Shown: one piece after another, positions 30,728 through 41,793 of the stretch
Layout: each line of letters starts with the position of its first letter
Numbering within the stretch: position 1 is the first letter of the stretch
Assembly (NCBI GenBank): GCA_963663765.2
Contig: CAXXUA010000006.1
Coordinates: 288,001-352,000, forward strand
DNA: 64,000 nt
From: Candidatus Poribacteria bacterium
GTDB lineage: Bacteria > Poribacteria > WGA-4E > WGA-3G
Reading direction: 5' to 3'
Position numbers and translations under genes: made by a program
The notes under the pieces: model-generated
The model's database searches: none
Told to the model about the DNA's origin: nothing
Seen by the model: the letters and a program-made list of their open reading frames with translations, nothing else

Positions 30728-32080
30728 ATGCCAAAACCAACCGATATACGAATACTTGATGTCCAATATGATTTTGAAGAACACCAATACCGGACTCCCC
30801 TAAAGTTTGGTGGAGTCCCTACAGATCACTGTGTACTTTTTAATGTTCGCATACATGTGCAAACATTAAATGGTTACGAAGCTGAGGGTAAAGGTTCTAT
30901 GCCTCTTGGAAATGTTTGGGCATTTCCACCTCGCTATGTGCCGTTTGACCAGAGTCTTTCTGCGATGATAACTCTTGCTGAAAAAGCAGTAGACGTCACA
31001 TCTAAATGCAGCCTAACAGCACATCCGCTTGAATTCTCAGAGATACTTGAACCTCAATTCTTACAAATTGCAGATGAAATATCTCAATCAATGGAACTAT
31101 TAACACCCATTCCTAAACTGTGTACTGTCGTTACAACAAGTCCGATTGATGCCGCTATTCACGATGCGTTTGGTAAAGCAAATGGCATAAATAGTTATAA
31201 TGGATTGGATGAAGACTATGTTCAGAAGGACTTATCACATTTCTTAGATGGACAGTTTGCAGGAAAATACCTTGATCAGTATACATCTCGCCATCCAAAA
31301 CCTAATATCCCGATCTATCACCTGATTGGTGCATTAGATCCTCTCACAGATGCGGATATCTCTGAACGACTAAATGATGGCTTACCGGAAACTCTTCCCG
31401 AATGGATCATCGCTGATGGGTTGACTCATTTGAAGATAAAACTAAACGGAGATAATCTTGAATGGGATGTATCCCGTGTTCTGGATATAGACAGGATAAC
31501 GGCAGAAACACAGGCATGGAGAGGGTTCAATACATGGTATTACTCGGCTGATTTCAATGAGACATGTCAGAATGTTGATTACCTTTTGGAGTTTCTTCAT
31601 CGTATTCAGGAAGAAGAACCTAAAGCATTTAACCGCCTGGCATACATTGAGCAACCTACGGATCGCAACCTTGAAGCACACCCAGAAAATAAGATGCACA
31701 AAGCAGCGGCGATAAAGCCAGTTGTCATTGATGAATCACTCACTGATTATGAGACGTTGCTATTAGCACGCGATCAGGGTTATTCTGGAGTTGCGTTAAA
31801 AGCGTGTAAGGGTCAATCCCAGGCATTGCTGATGGGTGCGGTTGCGCAAGAATTTGATATGTTCCTTGCTGTGCAAGATTTAACCTGTCCAGGAGCTTCG
31901 TTTTTGCATTCTGCGGGACTTGCTGCGCGTATTCATGGCGTTACTGCTATTGAAGGCAATGCACGTCAATTTTGTCCAAGTGCAAATGATGGTTGGCGGG
32001 ATGCATATCCTGAAATTTTCAACATTACAGATGGTACTGTAGGAACACAAATCCTTACTGCTCCTGGACTTGGTTACTGA
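30728..32080 (+). CDS. Mandelate racemase/muconate lactonizing enzyme (enolase superfamily) protein
   Basis: HLKIKL (KxK), ADFNE, YIEQP, VVIDESL, ALKACKG. Confidence 0.85.
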   Translation: MPKPTDIRILDVQYDFEEHQYRTPLKFGGVPTDHCVLFNVRIHVQTLNGYEAEGKGSMPLGNVWAFPPRYVPFDQSLSAMITLAEKAVDVTSKCSLTAHPLEFSEILEPQFLQIADEISQSMELLTPIPKLCTVVTTSPIDAAIHDAFGKANGINSYNGLDEDYVQKDLSHFLDGQFAGKYLDQYTSRHPKPNIPIYHLIGALDPLTDADISERLNDGLPETLPEWIIADGLTHLKIKLNGDNLEWDVSRVLDIDRITAETQAWRGFNTWYYSADFNETCQNVDYLLEFLHRIQEEEPKAFNRLAYIEQPTDRNLEAHPENKMHKAAAIKPVVIDESLTDYETLLLARDQGYSGVALKACKGQSQALLMGAVAQEFDMFLAVQDLTCPGASFLHSAGLAARIHGVTAIEGNARQFCPSANDGWRDAYPEIFNITDGTVGTQILTAPGLGY

Positions 32081-32411
32081 TGTTCTGTATATCAGTATCC
32101 TCATTATGAACAGAAATGTTGGTAACTACATTTCGTTGGTCTGGATGTCGTACCGGAAAATCCTTTATAGTTAAATTGATTAAATCCTTCACAACCGACT
32201 TAATATTATCAAAAGGAATACATTCCAGTACAATGATTGCTGAATGTTTGGACGGTGCAACAATAAAATCCAAACCATAGCAGATTCCTATGTGCATTAA
32301 CTCAGGTTCAATGTTGATTTTTATCTGTCTACGTTCATGTTCTGTAATGAAATAACTATCTACGATGAAAAGGGTGTGAATCCATGCTTCTCTTTCTTCA
32401 ATGATTTTCAT
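32055..32411 (-). CDS. Hypothetical protein
   Basis: 118 aa ORF with ATG start, protein-like composition, 3' overlap with the convergent gene. Confidence 0.45.
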   Translation of the reverse strand: MKIIEEREAWIHTLFIVDSYFITEHERRQIKINIEPELMHIGICYGLDFIVAPSKHSAIIVLECIPFDNIKSVVKDLINLTIKDFPVRHPDQRNVVTNISVHNEDTDIQNISNQVQEQ

Positions 32412-32436
32412 AATACTACACGGTTGTAAGAACTAA

Positions 32437-32633
32437 TGAAGATTAATTTATTAATTCGGTAATAAATAATTCTCACACGGTATGTGTGCTATGTAAACGT
32501 GCTGTTGTAACTAGATGTACCAGCGCGCTTACAAAGCACCAAATCAAGAAATCAACGGTATGAATGCCTTTTGGCATTCCCCGCCTACCAGGATGGATTA
32601 GATAGAATTACCTAATTTATTTATTAAACTTCA
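32437..32633. mobile_element. MITE family M8 (TIR TGAAGATTAATTTATT) carrying a GCGCTTACAAAGCAC REP pair
   Basis: TGAAGATTAATTTATT / ATTTATTAAACTTCA flanked by TAA; related ends at 17783, 29011, 38601 and about 6643. Confidence 0.65.
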
Positions 32634-32641
32634 TAATGCTT

Positions 32642-33559
32642 CTATTTAGCATTTTGAAGTTTTCTAAATAAGTCTCCAAAAATAGCATCACGGTTGACGC
32701 TGGCTGCAGTACGGATAAAATGTCTACTGTTGTCAAAACTCCAAGCTGGATAATCTGTTAGAATTGGACTATGGACTAATTCTGTAGGAACCCAACTGCT
32801 ATTGATGAGATACGCTGTTGCGGAAATATCCCAGATAACTTTTGACCAAGCGAAGTGGTCTTTCTGATAGTCCTTGAAGATCTTAACGAGATAATCACCA
32901 ATTTTCCCATTCCCTTGTACATAACATTCCATTTCTGATACTGTTGTAAGTAGGTGTGATACCACACCGCGTGCAGGTAGATGGACTAAAGGCACTCCAG
33001 AGTTGAAAACCACTCTTGCTGCATGTATATCTTGTGCAAGATTAAATTCTCGTGTATGAGACCAATATAAAGGGTTACCACCAAGCCATACTACGACTAT
33101 ATTCTTGATTATATCGGGTTCAATCAAGATAGCTGAAGCAACATTTGTTATTGCACCAATTGCTACTACATAGAGTGGTGTTTTAGTAGATGTTGTTGCT
33201 CGTTCAATCATATCACGTGTTGCATGACTTTGTTGTGGTGTATTACCATCCGTTAAGAAAGCCTGAGAACCTTTGTAGGCAAATCCATCCGATTTGACAT
33301 CAAGATAATCCAATAGTCTAATAATTTCATCGTAACTTTTTTCCATACCATCCGCAGGGTTAGAAGAACGGTTGTTATGGAAAGGGGCAGCATAAATTGC
33401 TTCAAGGTTAAGATTTTCAGGTGAGAGAATAGCGTGTACTACTGCAAACTGGTCGTCAATTTCATTGTATGTGTCTGTATCAAGGACCATACGTACACGT
33501 CCTTCAGGAGGCTGCAGCATCTCTAAACGTCTTGATTCTGGTAGGATCGGGAAACTCAT
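32642..33559 (-). CDS. Nucleoside hydrolase (IUNH family)
   Basis: LDTDTYNEIDDQFA, IGAITNVA, WLGG, EFNLAQD, KVIWD. Confidence 0.9.
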   Translation of the reverse strand: MSFPILPESRRLEMLQPPEGRVRMVLDTDTYNEIDDQFAVVHAILSPENLNLEAIYAAPFHNNRSSNPADGMEKSYDEIIRLLDYLDVKSDGFAYKGSQAFLTDGNTPQQSHATRDMIERATTSTKTPLYVVAIGAITNVASAILIEPDIIKNIVVVWLGGNPLYWSHTREFNLAQDIHAARVVFNSGVPLVHLPARGVVSHLLTTVSEMECYVQGNGKIGDYLVKIFKDYQKDHFAWSKVIWDISATAYLINSSWVPTELVHSPILTDYPAWSFDNSRHFIRTAASVNRDAIFGDLFRKLQNAK

Positions 33560-33819
33560 AAGTATTGATACCTTCAAGTCTAAGTTTTCTAATTATTTTT
33601 CACATATTGTAGCATATATTTAACGTAAATTGTCAAGAAAATTGAGTTAGATTTATGGAAAGTCTTTGACAAGAAATAAGTGACAATATTGATATTAGAA
33701 ATACGGTGTTGCTAATACAACAAACGTTTTTTTACTATGATGTTTCTATAACAAACTGAATAATATCAGGAGTTGATAACGGATGTGAATTAATGTAATA
33801 ATATGTGTGAAAAATATAT

Positions 33820-33897
33820 AATGATATTGAGACTCATTTAAAACATTATTTATATTATTTGAGTCTCATTATCATTTTATATTTGATATTGAGACTC
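33820..33897. promoter_or_regulatory. Three copies of a TGATAWTGAGACTC motif (Fur-box-like operator)
   Basis: AATGATATTGAGACTCATT, inverted TGAGTCTCATTATCATT, TGATATTGAGACTC. Confidence 0.4.
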
Positions 33898-34309
33898 TGT
33901 ATTATTTCAACTTCATGATATTTAGTTTCAGTATCATGTAATTCACAATATATCTTCATTTACTGTATTTCCTATCACACAAGCTTTACAAGATGGGGTT
34001 ATTCAGTTTTCAATATTTTTGATAATATATTGCTATGTCGTTAATTTTATGTGATACCATCTTGTCCAGTTCTTTAGTCCCGTAGGCACGATATGTTTAT
34101 AAAAAATGTTTTCTACCCCAATAGAGTTCCGTAGGAACGACATAGAAGAAGAAACATATCGTCCCTACGGAACTAAAGAGCGATGTTCATGTTTCAATAA
34201 ACTAAAATTGATGTATAAAGTTCGGTTAGGAAAATGAACCTGGGTATTAACTTTCAGTAAATCTGAATATCAGAAAACTCTTAAAATTGAATATCCCTGA
34301 CCCCATCCC

Positions 34310-35490
34310 AGTAGGCGTGCTTTGTAAGTGCGCCGATAAACACAGGATTGGCAACGACGCGCTTACAAAGCACCAAATCAAGAAATCAACGGTATGAATG
34401 CCTTTTGGCATTCCCCGGGTATGAATGCGCGTATGGCATTCCCCGCCTGCAGGGGAGTTCGGGGTGAGTGCGGGGCGCGCTTATAAAGCACCAAATCAAC
34501 GGTATGAATGCGCGTATGGCATTCCCCGCCTGCAGGGGAGTTCGGGGTGAGTGCTGGGCGCGCTTACAAAGCACGCCTGCAGTGAGTTCCTGAGAGTGCT
34601 GGGCGCGCTTACAAAGCACGCCTGCAGTTAGGGGCGCGCTTACAAAGCACGCCTGCAATTGGGGTTCAGTTGGGTGGCGCGCTTACAAAGCACGCCTGCA
34701 ATTGGGGTTCAGTTGGGTGGCGCGCTTACAAAGCACCAAATCAACGGTATGAATGCGCGTATGGCATTCCCCGCCTGCAGGGGAGTGCAGTTGGGTGGCG
34801 CGCTTACAAAGCACCAAATCAACGGTATGAATGCGCGTATGGCATTCCCCGCCTGCAGGGGAGTGCAGTTGGGTGGCGCGCTTACAAAGCACCAAATCAA
34901 CGGTATGAATGCGCGTATGGCATTCCCCGCCTGCAGGGGAGTGCAGTTGGTAGGCGCGCTTACAAAGCACCAAATCAACGGTATGAATGCGCGTATGGCA
35001 TTCCCCGCCTGCAGGGGAGTGCGGGAGAGTGCGTGGCGCGCTTACAAAGCACCAAATCAACGGTATGAATGCGCGTATGGCATTCCCCGCCTGCAGGGGA
35101 GTGCGGGTGAGTGCGGGGCGCGCTTACTAAGCACCAAATCAACGGTATGAATGCGCGTATGGCATTCCCCGCCTGCAGGGGAGTGCGGGAGAGTGCGTGG
35201 CGCGCTTACAAAGCACCAAATCAACGGTATGAATGCGCGTATGGCATTCCCCGCCTGCAGGGGAGTGCGGGTGAGTGCGGGGCGCGCTTACTAAGCACCA
35301 AATCAACGGTATGAATGCGCGTATGGCATTCCCCGCCTGCAGGTGAGTTCGGGGTGAGTGCTGGGCGCGCTTACAAAGCACGCCTGCAGTTGAGTTCGTG
35401 TGAGTGCTGGGCACGCTTACTAAGCACCAAATCAAGAAATCAAGAAATCAACGGTATGAATGCCATTTAGGCATTCACCGCCTACCGTTT
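34310..35490. repeat. Array of GGCGCGCTTACAAAGCAC(GCC) REP units, many carrying the 36-bp insert (about 78-bp period)
   Basis: Direct reading of the repeats; the overlapping ORFs are repeat artefacts. Confidence 0.9.
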
Positions 35491-35607
35491 TTGCGTAAGT
35501 CCTGTCATGTAATTCACAATATATCTTCATTTACTGTATTTCCTATCTCACATACTTTACAAGATGTATTTCTTTCATAATCTATGAATTCATGCTAAAA
35601 TAAAATC

Positions 35608-36870
35608 ATGAAAGTCTATAGTATATTTCTGATTTTATGTGCTTTATTATTTACAAGTTGTGGCATACTGGGAACAAAACCAGTTGAACCGCAACCCCCA
35701 ATTACACCTGTTGACGCGCTTGGGACACTATATTCTGAAATAGAGGGTGTTCTGCAAGACTCACTTTTTTCAAACGCAAGTATTGGTATTAAGGTAGTTG
35801 AAGTGGAAACAGACGAGGTGATATACGAAAGGAATGCAAAGAAATTGCACCATCCTGCTTCCACCACAAAACTCTTTACTGCAGCTACTGCATTGACGAA
35901 ACTTGGATCAGATTTTAGGTTCACAACTACGTTATATACAGATGCAGATGCAGATGCGAAAGTAATTAACAACATCTATCTTAAAGGTAGTGGTGATCCG
36001 ATTCTTATGGCAGCAGATGTTGAGAATTTAGCATTAAAAGTGGTAGAATCTGGTATCTCGTCCATTGATGGAAAGATTATCGTGGATGAGTCGTATTTTG
36101 ACTCGGTTCGTGAAGGTCCAGGGTGGATGTGGGATGACCGTCCGTATTGGATAAGTGCATTGAGTATACGAAATCTTGAACCAGAATCAAGCACTGGTAG
36201 TAGAGCAATTGCATGTGGGCAGCTTCTGAAGAAAACACTGAAACAGCAAGGTGTTAAGATAGCAGGTCAAGTAATCATAGGAATTGTTCCTTCTGATTCA
36301 CGTATCATTGCTATCCATGAATCACCTCCGCTTGCAGATATTATAACGTTGATGAATAAACCGAGTGACAATTGGATTGCTGAGATGCTTTTCAAGACAC
36401 TTGGTGCTGTAGTGAAGGGTGAACCGGGGTCTTGGCAAAAGGGTAGAGAAACAATCAGTGCGTATTTAAGAGAGACTGTGGGAGAGCTTTTTCCACATCG
36501 TTTTGTAGATGGTTCTGGTCTTTCAAGATATAATCTTGTCAGTGCAGAATTACTTACACAGTTACTCGTAAGTATGTATCACAATTTTGAGTTGATGCCG
36601 GAATTTACGTCATCCCTTCCGATCGCTGGCGTTGATGGCACATTGAGAAATCGGATGAGAGGGATGTATGCTGAAAAGACATTGCGTGCGAAAACGGGGA
36701 CATTGAGTGGTGTTTCCACACTTGCTGGTTATACGCGTACAGTTGATGGAGAGGTGTTTGCGTTTGGTATTTTGATCAGTCATTATGTTGGCTCTGCAAC
36801 GACTGCACGTGTGATTCAGGATAAGATTGGGAATTTATTGACTGAGTTTAATCGGTCTATGACAAAATAA
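35608..36870 (+). CDS. dacB: D-alanyl-D-alanine carboxypeptidase/endopeptidase PBP4 (peptidase S13), lipoprotein
   Basis: PASTTK (SxxK), PSDNWIAE (SxN), DGSGLSRYN, AKTGTL (KTG); lipobox FTSC. Confidence 0.93.
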   Translation: MKVYSIFLILCALLFTSCGILGTKPVEPQPPITPVDALGTLYSEIEGVLQDSLFSNASIGIKVVEVETDEVIYERNAKKLHHPASTTKLFTAATALTKLGSDFRFTTTLYTDADADAKVINNIYLKGSGDPILMAADVENLALKVVESGISSIDGKIIVDESYFDSVREGPGWMWDDRPYWISALSIRNLEPESSTGSRAIACGQLLKKTLKQQGVKIAGQVIIGIVPSDSRIIAIHESPPLADIITLMNKPSDNWIAEMLFKTLGAVVKGEPGSWQKGRETISAYLRETVGELFPHRFVDGSGLSRYNLVSAELLTQLLVSMYHNFELMPEFTSSLPIAGVDGTLRNRMRGMYAEKTLRAKTGTLSGVSTLAGYTRTVDGEVFAFGILISHYVGSATTARVIQDKIGNLLTEFNRSMTK

Positions 36871-37067
36871 CAGTATGGAACATTTCTCAATACGGTATCT
36901 CAAATTAAGAAACATATTATATTAAATGTCGCTTGTCAATTAGATTGTATCATGTCAGGACTTGCGCAGTATTCTTGATTTAGTGGTTTTCTTGCTAAGT
37001 ATTTATTATATGCAGGACTTACGCAGTTTTCATGAACCAATCAAGAATTAAGACGAAAACGATGTAA

Positions 37068-37221
37068 TACCATTTTCATGTGATAATGTCTCATTAGCAG
37101 CGGAAATCTGGTAGGAGCGACCTCACGGTCGCGATCGGGAGGTCCCTCCTACCGAAGAGAGTAACCCCCTGCCAGTAAACAGTAGAATTCCTTAATGAGA
37201 CAAGATTTATTTGAATTGGTA
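37068..37221. mobile_element. 154-bp MITE (TACCA...TGGTA), TAA duplication, carrying a REP pair
   Basis: Filled GATG-TAA-[element]-TAA-TTTTCAGC versus empty GATGTAATTTTCAGC at 6451-6465. Confidence 0.75.
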
Positions 37222-37515
37222 TAATTTTCAGCATTTTTTAGGTTTCCGGCGCGCTTACAAAGCACCAAATCAAGAAATCAACGGTATGAATGCCTTTTGG
37301 CATTCCCCGGTTATGAATGCCATTAAGGCATTCCCCGTATGGCATTTGTCGGGACTGAAGATCGTTTCAAACTATGAAGTACACCTGCAAAACGTCATGT
37401 TTATGTGAAACAATGATTAACATATAGTTTTTTAGCACAACTTGTTATTTATTGTTGATGCTTCGGTTTGAAATCTGTCTATTAACCCGTGTTAGGAAAC
37501 AACAGGAGATTCTAT

Positions 37516-38352
37516 ATGAGTAATCTAAATGGAAAGATTGCTTTAGTAACAGGAGCTGCGGGAGAGTTTGGTTTAGGTCGTGCTATTGCCGTTAGGTTAG
37601 CAAAAGATGGTGCTGATGTCGTCGTTAATGATGTTGCAGAAAAACCTTATAACTTAGATGAATCTGAATGGTTAGGGTTACAAGATGTTGTTATTGAAAT
37701 AGAATCGCTTGGTAAACGCTCCTGCGGTTTTGTTGCAGATATTACAAATTCAAATGAAGTATCTGCCATGATAGAAAAAATAGTATCTAAGTTGGGTAGA
37801 ATAGATATACTTGTTAATAATGCTGGATCTAAACCGGGCAAAGACCGAGTTCTTGCTGTTGACTTAGATGAAAAAGAATGGGATAGAGTCATAAGAATAA
37901 ATGCTAAAGGTACATTTCTTTCCTCACAAGCTGTCGCTCGTCATTTTATAGAAAGAAAAATACAAGGTAAGATAATCAATATATCTTCTGTAGTGGGAAA
38001 AGAAGCTATGCCTAAATACGCTGCGTATAGTGCTTCAAAGTTCGCTATTATAGGACTCACTCAAGCACTTGCACTTGAACTTGCTCCTTATCAGATAAAC
38101 GTCAATGCTGTCTGTCCAAGTTTAGTGGATACAGAACGGGTTACCCAGCTTGTTAATGCTCTAACAGAAGATGATGAACAGTTCAAAGATAAATATATGG
38201 AACTCATACAGAATAGATCCGGTTTAGTACCACTGGGTAGACTGGCAACAAGAACAGACGTTGCTAATATGGTATCATATCTGGCATCAGAACAATCAAA
38301 CTTTCTAACAGGGTTAGCTATACCTGTAGCAGGTGGGTCAATGGTTCATTAG
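37516..38352 (+). CDS. Short-chain dehydrogenase/reductase
   Basis: LVTGAAGEFGLG, LVNNAG, YSASK (YxxxK); AGGAG RBS. Confidence 0.92.
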   Translation: MSNLNGKIALVTGAAGEFGLGRAIAVRLAKDGADVVVNDVAEKPYNLDESEWLGLQDVVIEIESLGKRSCGFVADITNSNEVSAMIEKIVSKLGRIDILVNNAGSKPGKDRVLAVDLDEKEWDRVIRINAKGTFLSSQAVARHFIERKIQGKIINISSVVGKEAMPKYAAYSASKFAIIGLTQALALELAPYQINVNAVCPSLVDTERVTQLVNALTEDDEQFKDKYMELIQNRSGLVPLGRLATRTDVANMVSYLASEQSNFLTGLAIPVAGGSMVH

Positions 38353-38685
38353 AAAGGAAAGAAAACTATCGATGTGAAAACAATACCTTCTCCATTTTTG
38401 AGTGCTTCAGTTGAATGAGTATATAGTGTTGATCTACCATTGCTCTGTGATATTGTTAGGATTACATAAATAAAAATAACTTCAGGTTTTCGTTGAAGTA
38501 TTTTTATTTATCATAGCGTCTAATTTGACGATAGAATCTGACAGAATAATTTATATGCACAATCTGGAAGAATGTGCTACAACTGACCACACAATCTGGA
38601 TGAAGATTAATTTTTTAATCGGGTAATAAATATTTTTCAGATGGTAGGCGTGGTTTGTAAGCGCGCTCTTGGGACTTGATGTGCC

Positions 38686-39790
38686 AGCGCGCTTACAAAG
38701 CACGCCTGCAGTTAGGGGCGCAGTTGAGGGGCGCGCTTACAAAGCACGCCTGCAGGTGGGGGGCGCGCTTACAAAGCACGCCTGCAGGTGGGGGGCGCGC
38801 TTACAAAGCACGCCTGCAGGTGGGGGGCGCGCTTACAAAGCACGCCTGCAGGTGGGGGGCGCGCTTACAAAGCACGCCCGCAGTTGGTGGCGCGCTTACA
38901 AAGCACGCCCGCAGTTGGTGGCGCGCTTACAAAGCACGCCCGCAGTTGGTGGCGCGCTTACAAAGCACGCCCGCAGTTGGTGGCGCGCTTACAAAGCACG
39001 CCTGCAGTCGGTGGCGCGCTTACAAAGCACGCCTGCAGTTGGTGGCGCGCTTACAAAGCACGCCCGCAGTTGGTGGCGCGCTTACAAAGCACGCCCGCAG
39101 TTGGTGGCGCGCTTACAAAGCACGCCCGCAGTTGGTGGCGCGCTTACAAAGCACGCCCGCAGTTGGTGGCGCGCTTACAAAGCACCAAATCAACGGTATG
39201 AATGCGCGTATGGCATTCCCCGCCTGCAGGTGGGTTCGTGTGAGTGCGGGGCGCGCTTACAAAGCACCAAATCAACGGTATGAATGCGCGTATGGCATTC
39301 CCCGCCTGCAGGGGAGCGCAGTTGGTAGGCGCGCTTACAAAGCACCAAATCAACGGTATGAATGCGCGTATGGCATTCCCCGCCTGCAGGTGAGTGCGGG
39401 TGAGTGCGGGGCGCGCTTACAAAGCACCAAATCAACGGTATGAATGCGCGTATGGCATTCCCCGCCTGCAGGGGAGCGCAGTTGGTAGGCGCGCTTACAA
39501 AGCACGCCTGCAGTTGGGTTCGTGTGAGTGCGGGTGAGTGCGGGTGAGTGCTGGGCGCGCTTACAAAGCACCAAATCAACGGTATGAATGCCATTTAGGC
39601 ATTCCTCGCCTACCATCGGGGGCGCGCTTACAAAGCACGACTGCAGTTGGGTTCGTGTGAGTGCATGGCGCGCTTACAAAGCACGACTGCAGTTGGGGGC
39701 GCGCTTACAAAGCACGACTGCAGTTGGGGGCGCGCTTACAAAGCACGACTGCAGTTGAGGGCGCGCGGACAAAGCACGCATGCAGTTAGG
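38686..39790. repeat. Tandem REP array (31-bp unit GGCGCGCTTACAAAGCACGCCCGCAGTTGGT and variants)
   Basis: Direct reading; follows M7/M8 left ends starting at 38381. Confidence 0.9.
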
Positions 39791-39837
39791 GGCACAGTCG
39801 GGGTTGAAAACCCCTCCCACAAGAGGAAATGGTATTA

Positions 39838-41793
39838 CTATTTTTCGTCAATCGTGGTTATTGCTAATTTGACGAAAGATGACTTTGATATATCTGCATT
39901 TGAAGTGGCGGTAACGATCAACATATATTTACCTGCAACAGCGATTTTATCTTTCGGGATTGTTATATCATAACTGCGCGATGTACCCGCTGGCAAAGTA
40001 GCTGTAAAGGGTCTGAGATTGGTCGGCATGTTGCCGGATGTAGCGAAGTTGATTTTGTCGTCCACATTTCCACTATTGGTCACGGTCATGGTGTAGGTAA
40101 TATGATCTGCCTTTATGTGTTCAGGACTTGTATTGACGCTCGCCGTTAGGGATACACCATAGATGTCATTTTCTGATGTAGGACGGGTTAATACTTTGAT
40201 TTCATCTTCGCTTATCGCTCTGTTATAGAGTCTGACATCATCAATCAAGCCTTGCCATGAACTTTGTGCATCCTTAACGCCTCTGCCGATGAGGAGCTTA
40301 TCTACATTTGTGATGGTTCCTGATAAAGCATCACTCATAGACGAAGGTGTATCCAGTTTGCCGTTGATATAGAGTTTCATCTGTTCGTCGCTTTTCCAAG
40401 TAAATGCAAGGTGTTGCCATTCAGTCGTTTGCACGTTGGCGGAACTCTCATAAACAAAAGTTCCATTTTCTGTTGTGAACCCCACTTTGATGATGTTCCG
40501 CTGTTTGCTGCTTGTTCCTTCTTTATCATATCGGAAAGAGAATTTTTCATCTTTTCCATTAGGTGTTCTTGGTGAAATGAAACCTTTATCCGTTCCGATG
40601 CTATCAGATTTTATCCAAAGACATAGAGAAAAAGCGTTCAGCCCATTAATCAGATTTTTGGCATCCTGTATATTCACATGACTCTTATTGGGTTTCACTT
40701 TCAATGCACCACCGATTTTTCCGTGATTTATTGTTAATGCACAATCACCAGAAACTATGCCGTAGGTGTTATTATGACTGGCATCAAAGGCGACTCGTCC
40801 ACCATCCTCATCAAAAGTCCAGTGTCCTACTAATGAGTCATCAGCATTCGTATTTTCCACCTCAATATCAATGATGTAATCCAGTTTGACATCTTTGAAA
40901 GAAATCCAGTGCTGTTTACCGCCGCCATAAACATCTTTGACAGTAAGTCTTGCGCCATTGCCTTTTGATACATAGTTGACGATGTCGTTTTCACCTTTCA
41001 ATACACGACCATCGTGCATTTGCCAACCGCCTTTGGGATCTAACGTTAGCAGCTGCGCGTGGTGAAGTCCGTCCTTATCCTCAACTTCGTAATAAGCGTT
41101 CTTGTGTGTATCGGGATAACTGAAATGAGTTATTTTCTTAATGGTAGTTTTTTCGGTAGACACATGTTTTTCGCCATCTTTTTTTTCTGGGTTGAAATAT
41201 GGGTGAACATCATACCATAAGGCTGCTGCATGCGAGATTTTGTGTTGGTTGGGACCGTAGGATAAGATGTAATGTCCACTCCTCCAGTCGTGTGGCAGTC
41301 CGAAACAGTGTCCGAGTTCATGCGCAAAAGCATTCCAGTTGAAGCAGTATCCGTAAGCATCAACCATCGCGCGTGTGCCGAAAGCCACACCACAAACCGA
41401 TACGCCTTCAAAGTCAATGAAGGTCAATAAGATATGCTTCGGATTTTTGATTTTACTGACAGCAGCAGAAACGCGGTTTGTTTTGTTTTTATAGTATGCG
41501 GTATCTTTTTCCGCAATGATATGATGCACGATCGTTTTGCCGTCTTTATCTGTCTCGAGTTGAAATGTTTTATTCCCAAATCCGTAGTTTTCCATATTGT
41601 CAGCATAGAACTTTTGTGCTTTTTTCACCCGCTGATCAATCTGGTTGTCAATATCTTTTCGCGGGGGTCGGTCATTTGGTCGGATGTAGGTGACCTTGAC
41701 ATAGTATTCTTTCGGTTTATTCTCTTGTGCAAAACTGAGTTGTAGACAGGTTAATAGCGTCGTGAAAATCACTAAGATTCTTATGTATTTCAT
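39838..41793 (-). CDS. Secreted zinc-metalloprotease / LamG-like jellyroll fusion protein
   Basis: Signal peptide; metzincin motif HELGHCFGLPH; LVGHWTFDE...WQHLAFTW...LYINGK...GLIDDVRLYNRAIS; AAGGAG RBS. Confidence 0.85.
   Translation of the reverse strand: MKYIRILVIFTTLLTCLQLSFAQENKPKEYYVKVTYIRPNDRPPRKDIDNQIDQRVKKAQKFYADNMENYGFGNKTFQLETDKDGKTIVHHIIAEKDTAYYKNKTNRVSAAVSKIKNPKHILLTFIDFEGVSVCGVAFGTRAMVDAYGYCFNWNAFAHELGHCFGLPHDWRSGHYILSYGPNQHKISHAAALWYDVHPYFNPEKKDGEKHVSTEKTTIKKITHFSYPDTHKNAYYEVEDKDGLHHAQLLTLDPKGGWQMHDGRVLKGENDIVNYVSKGNGARLTVKDVYGGGKQHWISFKDVKLDYIIDIEVENTNADDSLVGHWTFDEDGGRVAFDASHNNTYGIVSGDCALTINHGKIGGALKVKPNKSHVNIQDAKNLINGLNAFSLCLWIKSDSIGTDKGFISPRTPNGKDEKFSFRYDKEGTSSKQRNIIKVGFTTENGTFVYESSANVQTTEWQHLAFTWKSDEQMKLYINGKLDTPSSMSDALSGTITNVDKLLIGRGVKDAQSSWQGLIDDVRLYNRAISEDEIKVLTRPTSENDIYGVSLTASVNTSPEHIKADHITYTMTVTNSGNVDDKINFATSGNMPTNLRPFTATLPAGTSRSYDITIPKDKIAVAGKYMLIVTATSNADISKSSFVKLAITTIDEK

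Noticed and set aside
34386-39973. ORFs with ARLQSTP / RAYKARL / GALTKHA repeats (also at 10545-10904 and 17689-18596)
   Set aside because: Translations of REP arrays, open in several frames at once, with no RBS or domain.
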